Virus record (IMG/VR): IMGVR_UViG_3300048575_000392
Coordinates: 1-64,000 of that record
Source of the DNA: a virus
Taxonomy: Duplodnaviria > Caudoviricetes
Length of the DNA stretch: 64,000 bases
Direction: 5' to 3' (one strand)
Below are positions 48,214 through 56,885 of the stretch, piece by piece. Positions within the stretch are counted from its first letter, which is position 1. Every line of letters begins with the position of its first letter. A model generated the notes under the pieces. That model was given only the letters and a program-made list of their open reading frames with translations, searched no databases and was not told the origin of the DNA. A program made the translations under genes and the position numbers.

Positions 48214-48346
48214 GCGGTCGCGCCCCTCGTGCGCTCCGCCCGCTGGCCGTGATTATCTCGATTTCCTCTTTCTCGACCATCATGGGCTCGCCCAAGGTCG
48301 TGACCCAACGGATCAGGGCGCCGCAGTGGGGGCACTTGGCGGTCAT
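48161..48346 (-). CDS. 61-aa Zn-finger-like protein, paralog of 47639-47815
   Basis: KCPHCG...IITASGRSARGARPHVC. Confidence 0.6.
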   Translation of the reverse strand: MTAKCPHCGALIRWVTTLGEPMMVEKEEIEIITASGRSARGARPHVCPRSDDGSPGNQGSS

Positions 48347-48744
48347 GGCGCAACGGCACCCCCCGCCAAGCTCTCCCCCGCATCCATGGAGACGGCTCCG
48401 GGAATGAGCCCCTCGGCTGGCGCCTGTCCGGCCTCCAGGCTCGCCACGAGGCCGGCAATGTACTGGGCGACGACGTGCTGATGGGTCCCCGGCATGGCGT
48501 CGACTAGCCCGAGCGCTCGGAGGGATTTCTCGACCGCTCCCATGTCCTGAGCCTCCACGGGCGCCGCGGTGAGCGCGGGGGCCGTGCCGAGGAAGGCGCC
48601 AATCTCGCGATGAACGAGGGCGAGCGCCAAGATGAGGTCTCGGGGATACTTGGAATCGGTATCGATCTGGGCCTTCATGAGGCCCTCCACTTCGTTCTTG
48701 ATGCTCTTCAGGGTCCAGTTCACCGATGCGCCGGCGTGCGACAT
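48343..48744 (-). CDS. Hypothetical protein
   Basis: ORF overlapping both neighbours. Confidence 0.55.
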   Translation of the reverse strand: MSHAGASVNWTLKSIKNEVEGLMKAQIDTDSKYPRDLILALALVHREIGAFLGTAPALTAAPVEAQDMGAVEKSLRALGLVDAMPGTHQHVVAQYIAGLVASLEAGQAPAEGLIPGAVSMDAGESLAGGAVAP

Positions 48745-49037
48745 GCGCCATCCTCCTTTTCTGATTCACCATAGACGAGATATTCGTGAGCGTATTGAAG
48801 GCGGGCCTCCAGGGCCCTCCTGGCGACGCCCTCCGTAACCATATCGTAGAGTTCGGGAAACCCGAGGGTGACGGCGCAATGGCGTTCCGGCGCTGCGCGA
48901 TTCTCGGGGATGGCGATGATGTCCGCGACGATCGCATTCAGGTGACTCTCGTGCCGGAGCTGAACGATGTACTCGGGATGATCGAGAGTGAACTTCAGGA
49001 TCACGCTGTCAATCTCGGGCATCATCGGGTTGTCCAT
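48720..49037 (-). CDS. Hypothetical protein
   Basis: GGAGG RBS; first gene after the promoter at 49.07 kb. Confidence 0.6.
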   Translation of the reverse strand: MDNPMMPEIDSVILKFTLDHPEYIVQLRHESHLNAIVADIIAIPENRAAPERHCAVTLGFPELYDMVTEGVARRALEARLQYAHEYLVYGESEKEDGACRTPAHR

Positions 49038-49067
49038 TTTCCCTCCATTTTTGCCTTCAAAAACTGC

Positions 49068-49101
49068 CTGATATTATATCAGAATAATGATTTACCCACA
49101 A
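49068..49101 (-). promoter_or_regulatory. sigma70 promoter with a palindromic operator over the -10
   Basis: TTGTGG-17-TATAAT with TGn extension; CTGATAT-T-ATATCAG palindrome at 49068-49082. Confidence 0.7.
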
Positions 49102-49117
49102 TCAATTCAACGTTCAA

Positions 49118-49408
49118 TTACGGATTCATCGCCTCTTTCGCGAGCCTCTCCCATTCCGCCGGCTCGATCTTCTCGAAGACCTCCTCCTTCGAGAACAAGA
49201 TGAGCTTGTGCCCCTTCGGGCATGTGAGCTCGATGCGGCATATCTTGTCGATTCCCCAAAGCGCAGTCAGGATCGTCCTTCCATCCTCAAGCCGATTCAG
49301 CATCGTCAAGCGGCCGCATACCGGGCAGACATACCAGAGATCCCGCTGCTTCGAGAACCCCGGCTCCGTCTTCGGGGCTCGCCGAACCTCCAGCCCAAAC
49401 AGTTTCAT
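49118..49408 (-). CDS. Zn-ribbon hypothetical protein
   Basis: CPVC...CPKGH. Confidence 0.55.
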   Translation of the reverse strand: MKLFGLEVRRAPKTEPGFSKQRDLWYVCPVCGRLTMLNRLEDGRTILTALWGIDKICRIELTCPKGHKLILFSKEEVFEKIEPAEWERLAKEAMNP

Positions 49409-49731
49409 CCTCGCCCTCCCTTCGCAATCCAGGCTCGCACATCACAGAGGTCGAGTACCGGGATACCCATCCCCCGCGCGAACTCCGCCTCCACCCGCGC
49501 CCCGCGGCTGGCCATCGAGCCAGGCAGCGAGACGAGAGCGTCGGCTCCGCGAAGCGCCCGCAGGTCGATGAGCATCCAGTCCGCCCAGTTCCAGCCGTCC
49601 TCCCCGGCGAAGGTTGAGGGGTCGATGATCTCGACTTCATCCCCGAGGTGTCCGAGATACCCCGCGGCCTGGGAGAACTTCTCCTTGTAGTCCGGCACGC
49701 CCGTGATGGGTCCTGAGATGTAGAGCTTCAT
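49405..49731 (-). CDS. DUF4406 / nucleoside 2-deoxyribosyltransferase-like protein
   Basis: MKLYISGPITG..KF..AA, W.D.M..DL..L..ADAL..LPG...SRGAR.E. Confidence 0.75.
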   Translation of the reverse strand: MKLYISGPITGVPDYKEKFSQAAGYLGHLGDEVEIIDPSTFAGEDGWNWADWMLIDLRALRGADALVSLPGSMASRGARVEAEFARGMGIPVLDLCDVRAWIAKGGRG

Positions 49732-50378
49732 GGCCGCGCCTCGTCGAAGAGCTGGGCCTCCGGCTCGTGCTCAAGACGCCAGCCGTCCCGGCGGATCACG
49801 TCCGCGTCGTTGTCGAGCCATCGAATGACAGGCGCGCTCCTCGTTGGCGCGTCTCGGTGCTCCCAGACATACCATGCCCACGTGATCATGCCCGTGTGGT
49901 ACTTCCCGTCCGCCCGTACCCCGTCCTCGAGCATAGCCCGGCGGACGAAGACGTTGAACGAGACGAGCGGCCACTCGTCTACCACGTCGAAGACCTCCCG
50001 GAAGCGGGCCGACCCGTGGAGGTAGTCAATCGGCAGGAGAAGAGCGAACCGGCGACGCGCGACAGCCTTGCACTTCTTAATGAAGTCCAGGGCGAGGGAG
50101 AAGGGCGGATTCGTGATGATCGTCTCCGCCTTCCGGTCCTCGAGAAGGAAGTCGATTCCGTCCTTGATGTCGTAAGCCATGATCCGAGCGCCGGGGTAGC
50201 GCCGCTCGAGCACCTGCACGATCGCCCCTCCGCCGCAAGCCGGCTCCATGACCGGGAAATCGGCCGCCTCCAGGGGCATGAGCTCAAGGAGCCGCTCTGT
50301 CATCGAGAGGGGCGTCTGGTAGAAGTCGTTGGCCTTCCTCTGGCCCAAGTTGTTACGCGAGAAGTTTTTTCGTCCCAT
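49728..50378 (-). CDS. Small DNA N6-adenine methyltransferase-like protein
   Basis: DFYQTP, EPACGGGAI, IITNPPFS. Confidence 0.8.
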   Translation of the reverse strand: MGRKNFSRNNLGQRKANDFYQTPLSMTERLLELMPLEAADFPVMEPACGGGAIVQVLERRYPGARIMAYDIKDGIDFLLEDRKAETIITNPPFSLALDFIKKCKAVARRRFALLLPIDYLHGSARFREVFDVVDEWPLVSFNVFVRRAMLEDGVRADGKYHTGMITWAWYVWEHRDAPTRSAPVIRWLDNDADVIRRDGWRLEHEPEAQLFDEARP

Positions 50379-50381
50379 GCC

Positions 50382-50633
50382 TTACTTCCCCGCCTTCCCA
50401 ATCTCCCGGAGGCCTCGGAGGATGCTTTTCGCGTTCGCTACTACATGCGTGTCGATCCGTACCTTTGTCGTTTCGAGACCAGGCCCCGAGCAGCCTATTT
50501 CCACGGGGCCGACTTTCCCAAGGTTTATGATCGCCTGGATCGCCTTCTTCGCCTCAGGAACCTGGAGCCCCGTCTTCTGGATATAGTCCAGGGCCCTTAT
50601 CCTATCCATTCTCAAATCGTTCTTTTCGTTCAT
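50382..50633 (-). CDS. Hypothetical protein
   Basis: ATGA overlap start. Confidence 0.5.
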   Translation of the reverse strand: MNEKNDLRMDRIRALDYIQKTGLQVPEAKKAIQAIINLGKVGPVEIGCSGPGLETTKVRIDTHVVANAKSILRGLREIGKAGK

Positions 50634-50887
50634 ATCTTCCTCGTTCCTATGGTGGCGCGCGCCCATGCGTCGCAGATCCCAAGAGGGGAAATGAAACCGG
50701 TGGACCACCTCCTATGTGGATTCGCCTTCGAGCATTCGTCGGCGTCTTCGATTGATATCCCAGCCCTGTAGCCTTCACAATTCGCGCAGCACGGGCTCTC
50801 GGATATCCGGTAATGATGCCTTTTGAGGTACCGCTCGGCCTGGCGCTCAGTTCTCATGAGGTCATCGTACTCGGGATCGTCGCTCAT
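50630..50887 (-). CDS. Cys-rich hypothetical protein
   Basis: CCANC..C..CDAW. Confidence 0.5.
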   Translation of the reverse strand: MSDDPEYDDLMRTERQAERYLKRHHYRISESPCCANCEGYRAGISIEDADECSKANPHRRWSTGFISPLGICDAWARATIGTRKI

Positions 50888-51444
50888 GATTCCTCCCCGG
50901 ACAGCGCCTCTTCAGTGCTCGCATCGATGCTCACGCTCGCCCGTAGCCCGTCGGACAGGCTCTTCGTATAGGCCCGGATCGCGATATGCGGGCCGTCCTT
51001 CACCTCCAGGCGCCTCATAACCGACAGGAGGAGCGCTATCTCAGCGTCTCGACGGCAGGGGAATTCTCCGGAGACCCTCGTCGCCGTCACGCGGCCCGTG
51101 TCTCCGACTTCTAGAAGCCCCCAGCCCGCGGGCAGTCGATCGGCCGGAAGGAGCCCCGCGGGGGCGAGGAAGAAGCGGAGGACTCCAATGCCGTCCTCGG
51201 GGATCTGACGGAATGGCTTCGCGGCGTCGGCTCGGAAGTCCGAGATGGAGGTCTTACACTCGATAAGGATGGACCGCCCCTTCGAGACATCCCAGCCAAG
51301 CACATCGGGAATCTCCCCGGTGTAGTTCCACGTGTTCAGCTCCGTGAGGACCACGGCGCAAGCGGAATGCCCCTCGCGAGCCGCGTTCCGCCACGGCCGG
51401 AGGAGCCAGCGGCGACCAACCTCGACGAGCTCATCATGCGTCAC
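50884..51444 (-). CDS. PD-(D/E)xK nuclease-fold (MmcB-like) protein
   Basis: EIPDVLGW..ILIECKTSISDFRAD..K, GVLRFFLAP; GTG start. Confidence 0.65.
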   Translation of the reverse strand: MTHDELVEVGRRWLLRPWRNAAREGHSACAVVLTELNTWNYTGEIPDVLGWDVSKGRSILIECKTSISDFRADAAKPFRQIPEDGIGVLRFFLAPAGLLPADRLPAGWGLLEVGDTGRVTATRVSGEFPCRRDAEIALLLSVMRRLEVKDGPHIAIRAYTKSLSDGLRASVSIDASTEEALSGEES

Positions 51445-51925
51445 GGCCAACCATCTCCCGGAGCTTCGCGAGCGTCGCCAGGAGGTCCTTGTCGTTGTCC
51501 TGGACGGCCTGCTTCTCGTAGAGCTCAAGCTTAACTATGGCCTCGCCGATCGCCTCCTTTGCAGACTGGAGGGCGGCCGGATACCCTTCCCCATGAGCGC
51601 GATACTCCATGCACGCACGGCCGAGGGCCCGGAAGGTGTCGCTGTAGCCGCCCGGCGCTGCTCCCCCGTCGATGTTCAGAAGCTGAATTCCGTCGTTCAC
51701 GGCCGCATGGACGCCGTGGAAAAGGAAGCAGAGCGCATGGTGCTCGCAGGTGAAGCAGGAGCGTTCCGCCTCGCCCTTCATCGTCTCGGCCAGGGCCTTC
51801 ACCCCAATGTAGCCGACGTTCATCGCGAGCGGATGGTCATTTTCGTCCCGGAAATCCGACTTCTCGACCTGCTCGACGAGGAGCCCCATCGCCGCCTTGA
51901 TCGCTTCATGTGTCGTTTCTTTCAT
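51434..51925 (-). CDS. Hypothetical protein
   Basis: ORF with a CxxC..HxxC segment. Confidence 0.5.
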   Translation of the reverse strand: MKETTHEAIKAAMGLLVEQVEKSDFRDENDHPLAMNVGYIGVKALAETMKGEAERSCFTCEHHALCFLFHGVHAAVNDGIQLLNIDGGAAPGGYSDTFRALGRACMEYRAHGEGYPAALQSAKEAIGEAIVKLELYEKQAVQDNDKDLLATLAKLREMVGRDA

Positions 51926-51939
51926 GATTTTCCCACTCC

Positions 51940-52227
51940 CTACCGGTACATCATGTCGCTGGGGCTGCGAAGCTCCCGAACCAGCTGCTGAAATCGCACA
52001 CCGTCCGGCTTGTTCTCGGTCCATTGCCACTGCCACTCGTACCACCTATCTCCGTCCAGGTGCATGATCATCGTGCGGGTGAACTTCGTAGTTTTAAGGT
52101 CGAGCCCATGAACTGCCTTGAGATGCTCCAGCATCTCTTTGTGCTCAAACTCAGGGAGATCGGCGCACGATTGGCAGATGCAGATATTGCAGGGCTTCGT
52201 TTTTCCGCTCTCGTCTCTCTTGCTCAT
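51940..52227 (-). CDS. Hypothetical protein with Cys/His cluster
   Basis: CQSC..H...H. Confidence 0.5.
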   Translation of the reverse strand: MSKRDESGKTKPCNICICQSCADLPEFEHKEMLEHLKAVHGLDLKTTKFTRTMIMHLDGDRWYEWQWQWTENKPDGVRFQQLVRELRSPSDMMYR

Positions 52228-52895
52228 ACGCTCTCCTTTCCTTCACTTGGCATGTTGGGCGGTTCAGGAGCAGGCATCCAGAACGAGGCCCTTGTCCCGC
52301 GACTCGGGAAAGAGAACTCGTGGTCTATCCAGCCATCGCTGAACTGGTACCGATGGTAGTGGCCCTTCTGCACCGATCCCGCGTAGTCTTCGTCTCCAGC
52401 CTCGACGACGAATATGACTTCTTGCCCGTTCTCGGGGTATCGATCTTTCACGCTTATCCAGCCGCCCATGCCAGGAAGCGCAAGCAGGATTCGCATCTCG
52501 CCTACAACCGCCTCGGCCGAACCGCCGGCGCGGACCAGATCATCGAGGGCCCGAGTTAACCGGTCGAACCTTCCATCCAGCGCGGGGGCGGGCACGACCT
52601 GGCCCGAGGCGCTGATCGCGCATCCGCTCAGGTCAGTCTTTCCCTCCCGATCAGCACGAGCACGTTCCTGAAAAAAGGTCGCATAGGCCGTCTGCTTCAG
52701 GTCGAAGTTGGCAAGTCCCCTCTCCCCAGCCTCGGCCACGGCAGCCATGAGCGATTGCCTTGCTCCCTTGTCGCGCGTGTAGACCCGCGCGTGCCATTCC
52801 TCGGCGGCATTGATGCATCGGCTCACGACCTCCATGCGAAGGTCGCTTATCGCCAGCATGAGGCCCAGGGCTTCGACGCTTTCATCGCTTTTCAT
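52224..52895 (-). CDS. Hypothetical protein with C-terminal DUF551-like domain
   Basis: WISVKDRYPE.GQEV...FWMPAPEPP. Confidence 0.6.
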   Translation of the reverse strand: MKSDESVEALGLMLAISDLRMEVVSRCINAAEEWHARVYTRDKGARQSLMAAVAEAGERGLANFDLKQTAYATFFQERARADREGKTDLSGCAISASGQVVPAPALDGRFDRLTRALDDLVRAGGSAEAVVGEMRILLALPGMGGWISVKDRYPENGQEVIFVVEAGDEDYAGSVQKGHYHRYQFSDGWIDHEFSFPSRGTRASFWMPAPEPPNMPSEGKESV

Positions 52896-53476
52896 GCCTC
52901 TATCCTCCTAATCCCGAGAACCCATACCCAGGGATTCGTGCCCCATCCGAAGCCGCGGTCTGAATTGATCGAGTCCCAGAGCTTCCGGAACCGCTCACGG
53001 CAATAACCTGGAATGCTCGCGTTCGTCCTATCGACACCCTCACGCTCCGCGTCCGCGTCGGTGATATCCTGCACCTGTTCTACGCGCTCCTCCTCGATTT
53101 CGAGGAGGATTCGCGACAGCTTGCGCGGCATGTAAATCGAGGGGCGCCAGGACCACGCGAAATCCCCCGGCCCCATTCCGTCGAACATCGGGTCGGCTCG
53201 GTATATCGGCTCCCCTTCCTTGGTGGTGACGAACGTCTCGCGAACCCAAAGCCGACCACCGACTCGGCCGTATGGGCAGTGTTCCAGGATATCGGACCTG
53301 TCGGGGTAGAAGCGGAGCGCGTACAACCCGCCGCGCCACGAGTAGGAAGTCCTTCGCCCGTCGTCGCCGAGCGGCTTCGGTTGGGGCGTTATGACCCGCC
53401 TAGTCATCGTCTTCCGACCTTCTTGTATCTCCCGGATCATGCTTCCACAGAACAGGATGGGATGTTCTAGCTTCAT
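52892..53476 (-). CDS. ASCH/PUA-like domain protein
   Basis: PILF...MIR.I..GRKTMTRR, CPYG.VG.RLWVRET, WRPSIYMPR, NPWVWV. Confidence 0.75.
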   Translation of the reverse strand: MKLEHPILFCGSMIREIQEGRKTMTRRVITPQPKPLGDDGRRTSYSWRGGLYALRFYPDRSDILEHCPYGRVGGRLWVRETFVTTKEGEPIYRADPMFDGMGPGDFAWSWRPSIYMPRKLSRILLEIEEERVEQVQDITDADAEREGVDRTNASIPGYCRERFRKLWDSINSDRGFGWGTNPWVWVLGIRRIEA

Positions 53477-54033
53477 TCTACGCGCCCTCCGCACCCGCCG
53501 TGCCGCTCGTCGTGCGTCTCCTCGAAGGTGACTTCCTCCGCGGGGACCTCCTTATCGCAGGTGGGGCAGTACCACGTCCGCCGCGGCGCCTTCGGAATCT
53601 CCCGCCAGAAGAGCACGTCGAGGCTGTCGCCGAAGCCATTCCGCCAAGAAAAGCCGTTGAAGGCCGCCGTGCCCGGCATGGCCCAGCCCTGGGCGAGCGC
53701 GAGATAGACGGCCGCCACGTCCTCCGTGGGCGGGTCTTTCTTGGCGTCCTTCCAGCCGAAGAGCGCGTGCGCCTCCTTGAGGATCTGCGCGACATCGGCG
53801 CGAGCGTCCTGATACCCATCAGCCCACTCGTCCTCGTCGTCGTCCGACAAGCGCTCGCCGTGGAGCCACGAGTAGAAGCACCCGAACTCAACCTTGAGCG
53901 CCTCGAGCTTCGACGCAACGGCAGCCAGAGCCCACTCCGTCGTCTCGGGATCGGGCACGAACCCCTCCGAGCCGATCTTCTTGGCGTACTCGAGCGCCTC
54001 CCAGTAACGCATGATCCCCTTCGCCTCAGCCAT
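53473..54033 (-). CDS. Hypothetical protein with C-terminal Zn-finger-like motif
   Basis: WYCPTC...H..CGG. Confidence 0.5.
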   Translation of the reverse strand: MAEAKGIMRYWEALEYAKKIGSEGFVPDPETTEWALAAVASKLEALKVEFGCFYSWLHGERLSDDDEDEWADGYQDARADVAQILKEAHALFGWKDAKKDPPTEDVAAVYLALAQGWAMPGTAAFNGFSWRNGFGDSLDVLFWREIPKAPRRTWYCPTCDKEVPAEEVTFEETHDERHGGCGGRVE

Positions 54034-54182
54034 GGTAGGCCCCCAATCGATGCTTGATGTACCCCGGCCCAAGAAGGGGCGGGTTGACCGGCCGCTGTGG
54101 GGCCGGGACGTTCTTCTGCTTATTTCCGGCCTTCTCCGGGTTGATCTTCGGTGATTCCTTTTCCATCTTCACGCTTCCATTC

Positions 54183-54572
54183 TCAAACGATAGGCTCGGG
54201 GAGCACCCCGGCCGGATATACGAAAAGCCAGTAGACGTTGACGAGATCGACGAGTTTCGACTCCTGCGGGAAGTACTGGACCGCAACGGCTTCTTCCCCG
54301 AACACCTCGTTCTTGATTCGCTGAAGGTCCTTCCAGAACACGTCACGGCCGGTGTTGTGCGCCGAGATGTAGGCCTGGATCACGGGCCCCTTCGTCGACC
54401 GGGCGGCGTCGTTCACCATGACTGTATAGCGGTTGTTCTGGTAAACCCGCGTCGCAAAGGCCGGCCAGGGCACGCCCTTCTCCCCACGGACGATCGCCCG
54501 CATGGGCTCCCAGCCTGACTTCGCCATGCTCCGCGCGATTGCCTTTCGGACGGCCTTGTCGCGCGCCATCAT
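54183..54572 (-). CDS. Conserved phage protein
   Basis: WKDLQRIKNEVFGEEAVAVQYFP..S.LVD..NVYWL motif common in phage early regions. Confidence 0.6.
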   Translation of the reverse strand: MMARDKAVRKAIARSMAKSGWEPMRAIVRGEKGVPWPAFATRVYQNNRYTVMVNDAARSTKGPVIQAYISAHNTGRDVFWKDLQRIKNEVFGEEAVAVQYFPQESKLVDLVNVYWLFVYPAGVLPEPIV

Positions 54573-54700
54573 CGGCCTCCCTTCCATCCCAGGATGACAG
54601 ACGCCGCAATCATAGCTAACGAGACGACCAGGAGGAGCACACCCAGGGTCACGCTGATCTCGGTCCCTCCAACCCGAAACCGAAGCCAGATATTCGCCAT
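54569..54700 (-). CDS. 43-aa single-TM protein
   Basis: Hydrophobic VTLGVLLLVVSLAMIAASVILG; overlapping stop/start codons. Confidence 0.45.
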   Translation of the reverse strand: MANIWLRFRVGGTEISVTLGVLLLVVSLAMIAASVILGWKGGR

Positions 54701-55035
54701 TACCGCCCTCCCGCCGCTGCAAGGCGGTCGATCCGCTCCACGAGTTGGGCAACGCAGGCTCCTAGCTGAACAGCTTCCTCTCGGACGGCCGCAAGATCGT
54801 CGGATGCGAACGTCTCCCAGAATTCCTCGGCGCAGATGTCGAAGTAGGTCAGGGCTCCGGCGGCCACATGCTTCCGGCAGCGCTCCTTGGCCTGCATCTC
54901 GTGGGCGCAGAAGCTTCGGGCGTTCCCAATGGGATGATTCTGCTCTCCCCAAAGCTCATTCTGACGCGCCCGCTCCGCGCAGAATTCTTCAAGGACTGCC
55001 CTCGTTCTTTTTTCGTCGAATGTTGCCTTCTCCAT
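54700..55035 (-). CDS. MazG-like nucleotide pyrophosphohydrolase
   Basis: ERARQ..LWGEQNH, EEFWE, REEAVQLGA..QLVE. Confidence 0.6.
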   Translation of the reverse strand: MEKATFDEKRTRAVLEEFCAERARQNELWGEQNHPIGNARSFCAHEMQAKERCRKHVAAGALTYFDICAEEFWETFASDDLAAVREEAVQLGACVAQLVERIDRLAAAGGR

Positions 55036-55044
55036 GGTTGCCTC

Positions 55045-55515
55045 TCAGAACGGGATGTCGTCGGTAAATTGCTGATCCACGTTGTCCGGAGCGTCGGGTA
55101 CATGCCCCTCGCCGCCGGCGGAGCCCTGCCGCTGCGCCTGCCCCGAGGAGGGCCTCGGCGATCCTCCGGCGGCTCCTTCCTGTCGCTCTCCCCCGCCGAG
55201 GAGCTGCACGCTCGCCGCGTTGACTTCGACCTTCGATCGAGCCTTTCCGTCCTGTTCCCAGCGGTCCTGCTCGAGCTCCCCCTGGATGGCGACTTGCTTC
55301 CCCTTCTTGAGGTACTGGTTTAGCGTTTCGCCCTGCTTGCCCCAGAGCACGATATCGAAGAACCGGGCCACGTCGGTCCATCCATCACCGGACTTCTTCC
55401 GCTTATTGTTCGCGATCGAGAACCGGCACACGGCCATTCCCGAGTTGGTATACTTGAGCTCCGCGTCGCGGGTCAGTCGCCCGACGAGCACTACGATGTT
55501 CGTGTCGTTTGCCAT
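55045..55515 (-). CDS. ssb: Single-stranded DNA-binding protein
   Basis: VVLVGRLTRDAELKYT, YLKKGKQVAIQGEL, C-terminal DDIPF. Confidence 0.97.
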   Translation of the reverse strand: MANDTNIVVLVGRLTRDAELKYTNSGMAVCRFSIANNKRKKSGDGWTDVARFFDIVLWGKQGETLNQYLKKGKQVAIQGELEQDRWEQDGKARSKVEVNAASVQLLGGGERQEGAAGGSPRPSSGQAQRQGSAGGEGHVPDAPDNVDQQFTDDIPF

Positions 55516-55877
55516 TTCCCTTTCCTCAGCTTGTCCAAAAAATCTGAAAGTATACTCACGCCGGCGGAGCGCTCCTCATCGGAGATTGGAGCCTCGGGCA
55601 GCGCCTTCGGCTGCGGCCGGTACCCGATCATGAGCCTATCTCCGCCCACCTTGTTCTTGAGCTCCTCGTTGATGTCCTGGACGGCCTTGTCGATGATCGC
55701 GATGTCGGGCGCGAACCGAAACTGGCCGGAGTAGGTCAGCGTGAGCCGGTCGAATATCTTCGAGAGCTCCTCCTCGTTGTAGTCCTTGATGTACGTTTGA
55801 ACGAGCGCACGGCGGAGGGGCAGCTCGTACCTCCCGTAGTACCCCTCGACGTTGCGGATGAACTCGTCGCAATTCAT
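55491..55877 (-). CDS. Replication accessory protein (helicase loader/inhibitor-like)
   Basis: Position after the initiator; FRFAPDIA.I motif. Confidence 0.45.
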   Translation of the reverse strand: MNCDEFIRNVEGYYGRYELPLRRALVQTYIKDYNEEELSKIFDRLTLTYSGQFRFAPDIAIIDKAVQDINEELKNKVGGDRLMIGYRPQPKALPEAPISDEERSAGVSILSDFLDKLRKGKWQTTRTS

Positions 55878-56839
55878 TTCCGAGACGCCCCAATAGCCGA
55901 AATAGCGGCTGCTACCGTGGACTCGTCTAGCCCTTCGACCTTTCCCTCGGCCTTCTCAAGTTCCTTCTTGACCCGAGGCCAGATGCCGCCCGAGGCCAGA
56001 ACCGAGGGAATGAAGGGCTGTCCGGACCAATACCGGTCCTGCGACTCGGTGAGGTTCTTGAAAACGACGAGCATCCGGCGGATGAATTCCTTCGGGTCGG
56101 TGGGGGAGTCCCGCGCAGCGAAGCTCACGATCCGCTTGATCGCGGGGCCCTCGCGCCGGTAGTCCGCGAACGGACCGCCAACGCCCTCGAATGAGTCCTG
56201 GATGAGATGGTAGAGCTCCTTCTCGCCCTCGCTCATTTCGGCCTTGTCTTTTCCCTTATGGCGCGGGAGCGCCGCCGAAGGCGTGGCCGGGGTTGCCCCT
56301 ATTATTATTCTCTTCTCTTCCTTTCCTTTCTCTTCTCTTCCTTTCCTTTCAGGATGAGGCCTCAGTGAGTCCTCAGTGAATAGTTCAGGCTCATTCACTG
56401 TATGTTCATTGAATGGATAGTCGGGGACATGCTTCTCTCGCGTCCCGTCGCCCTTCTTTTCGTAGGTGGTGAAGGTCTGGCGCCAGGCCTCGATGTAGTC
56501 GGGGAACCGCTCCACGATCTTCCGCGGCGGCCGCACGAGCTTGGTCTTCGAGGGGCGGTTGAGAACCTGATGCTTGTACCACGACGGGATGAAGCCGTAG
56601 CTTCCGTATAGGATCACCATCCCCTGGGCCACGACCTCCCCAAAGGCCGCTTGGATCTTCTCGGGGGAGAGCTCGCGCCGGGCGAACTCGTAGAACCAGC
56701 CCTCCGCGTCGGGCTCGATGATGCCTTCGTCGTCGGCCATGGTGATGCAGCCGATCCAGACGATGAAAGCTGCATCGCTAATCCGGACAACCTTTTTATC
56801 TCGCCAAATCTCCGGGGAGATCATTCGTTTTCTAGCCAT
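55874..56839 (-). CDS. Phage replication initiator protein
   Basis: MARKRMISPEIW.D, DDEG, W.KHQ.LNRPS; internal KE-rich linker with DNA repeats. Confidence 0.75.
   Translation of the reverse strand: MARKRMISPEIWRDKKVVRISDAAFIVWIGCITMADDEGIIEPDAEGWFYEFARRELSPEKIQAAFGEVVAQGMVILYGSYGFIPSWYKHQVLNRPSKTKLVRPPRKIVERFPDYIEAWRQTFTTYEKKGDGTREKHVPDYPFNEHTVNEPELFTEDSLRPHPERKGREEKGKEEKRIIIGATPATPSAALPRHKGKDKAEMSEGEKELYHLIQDSFEGVGGPFADYRREGPAIKRIVSFAARDSPTDPKEFIRRMLVVFKNLTESQDRYWSGQPFIPSVLASGGIWPRVKKELEKAEGKVEGLDESTVAAAISAIGASRK
56301..56416. other. Candidate replication origin within the initiator gene
   Basis: 20-bp tandem pyrimidine repeat (56311-56350) beside short CAGTGA/CAATGA repeats in both orientations. 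Confidence 0.45.
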
Positions 56840-56885
56840 GATGCCTTTCCTTCTACTTCTATCCGAACGTTCGGATGGAACCCAA

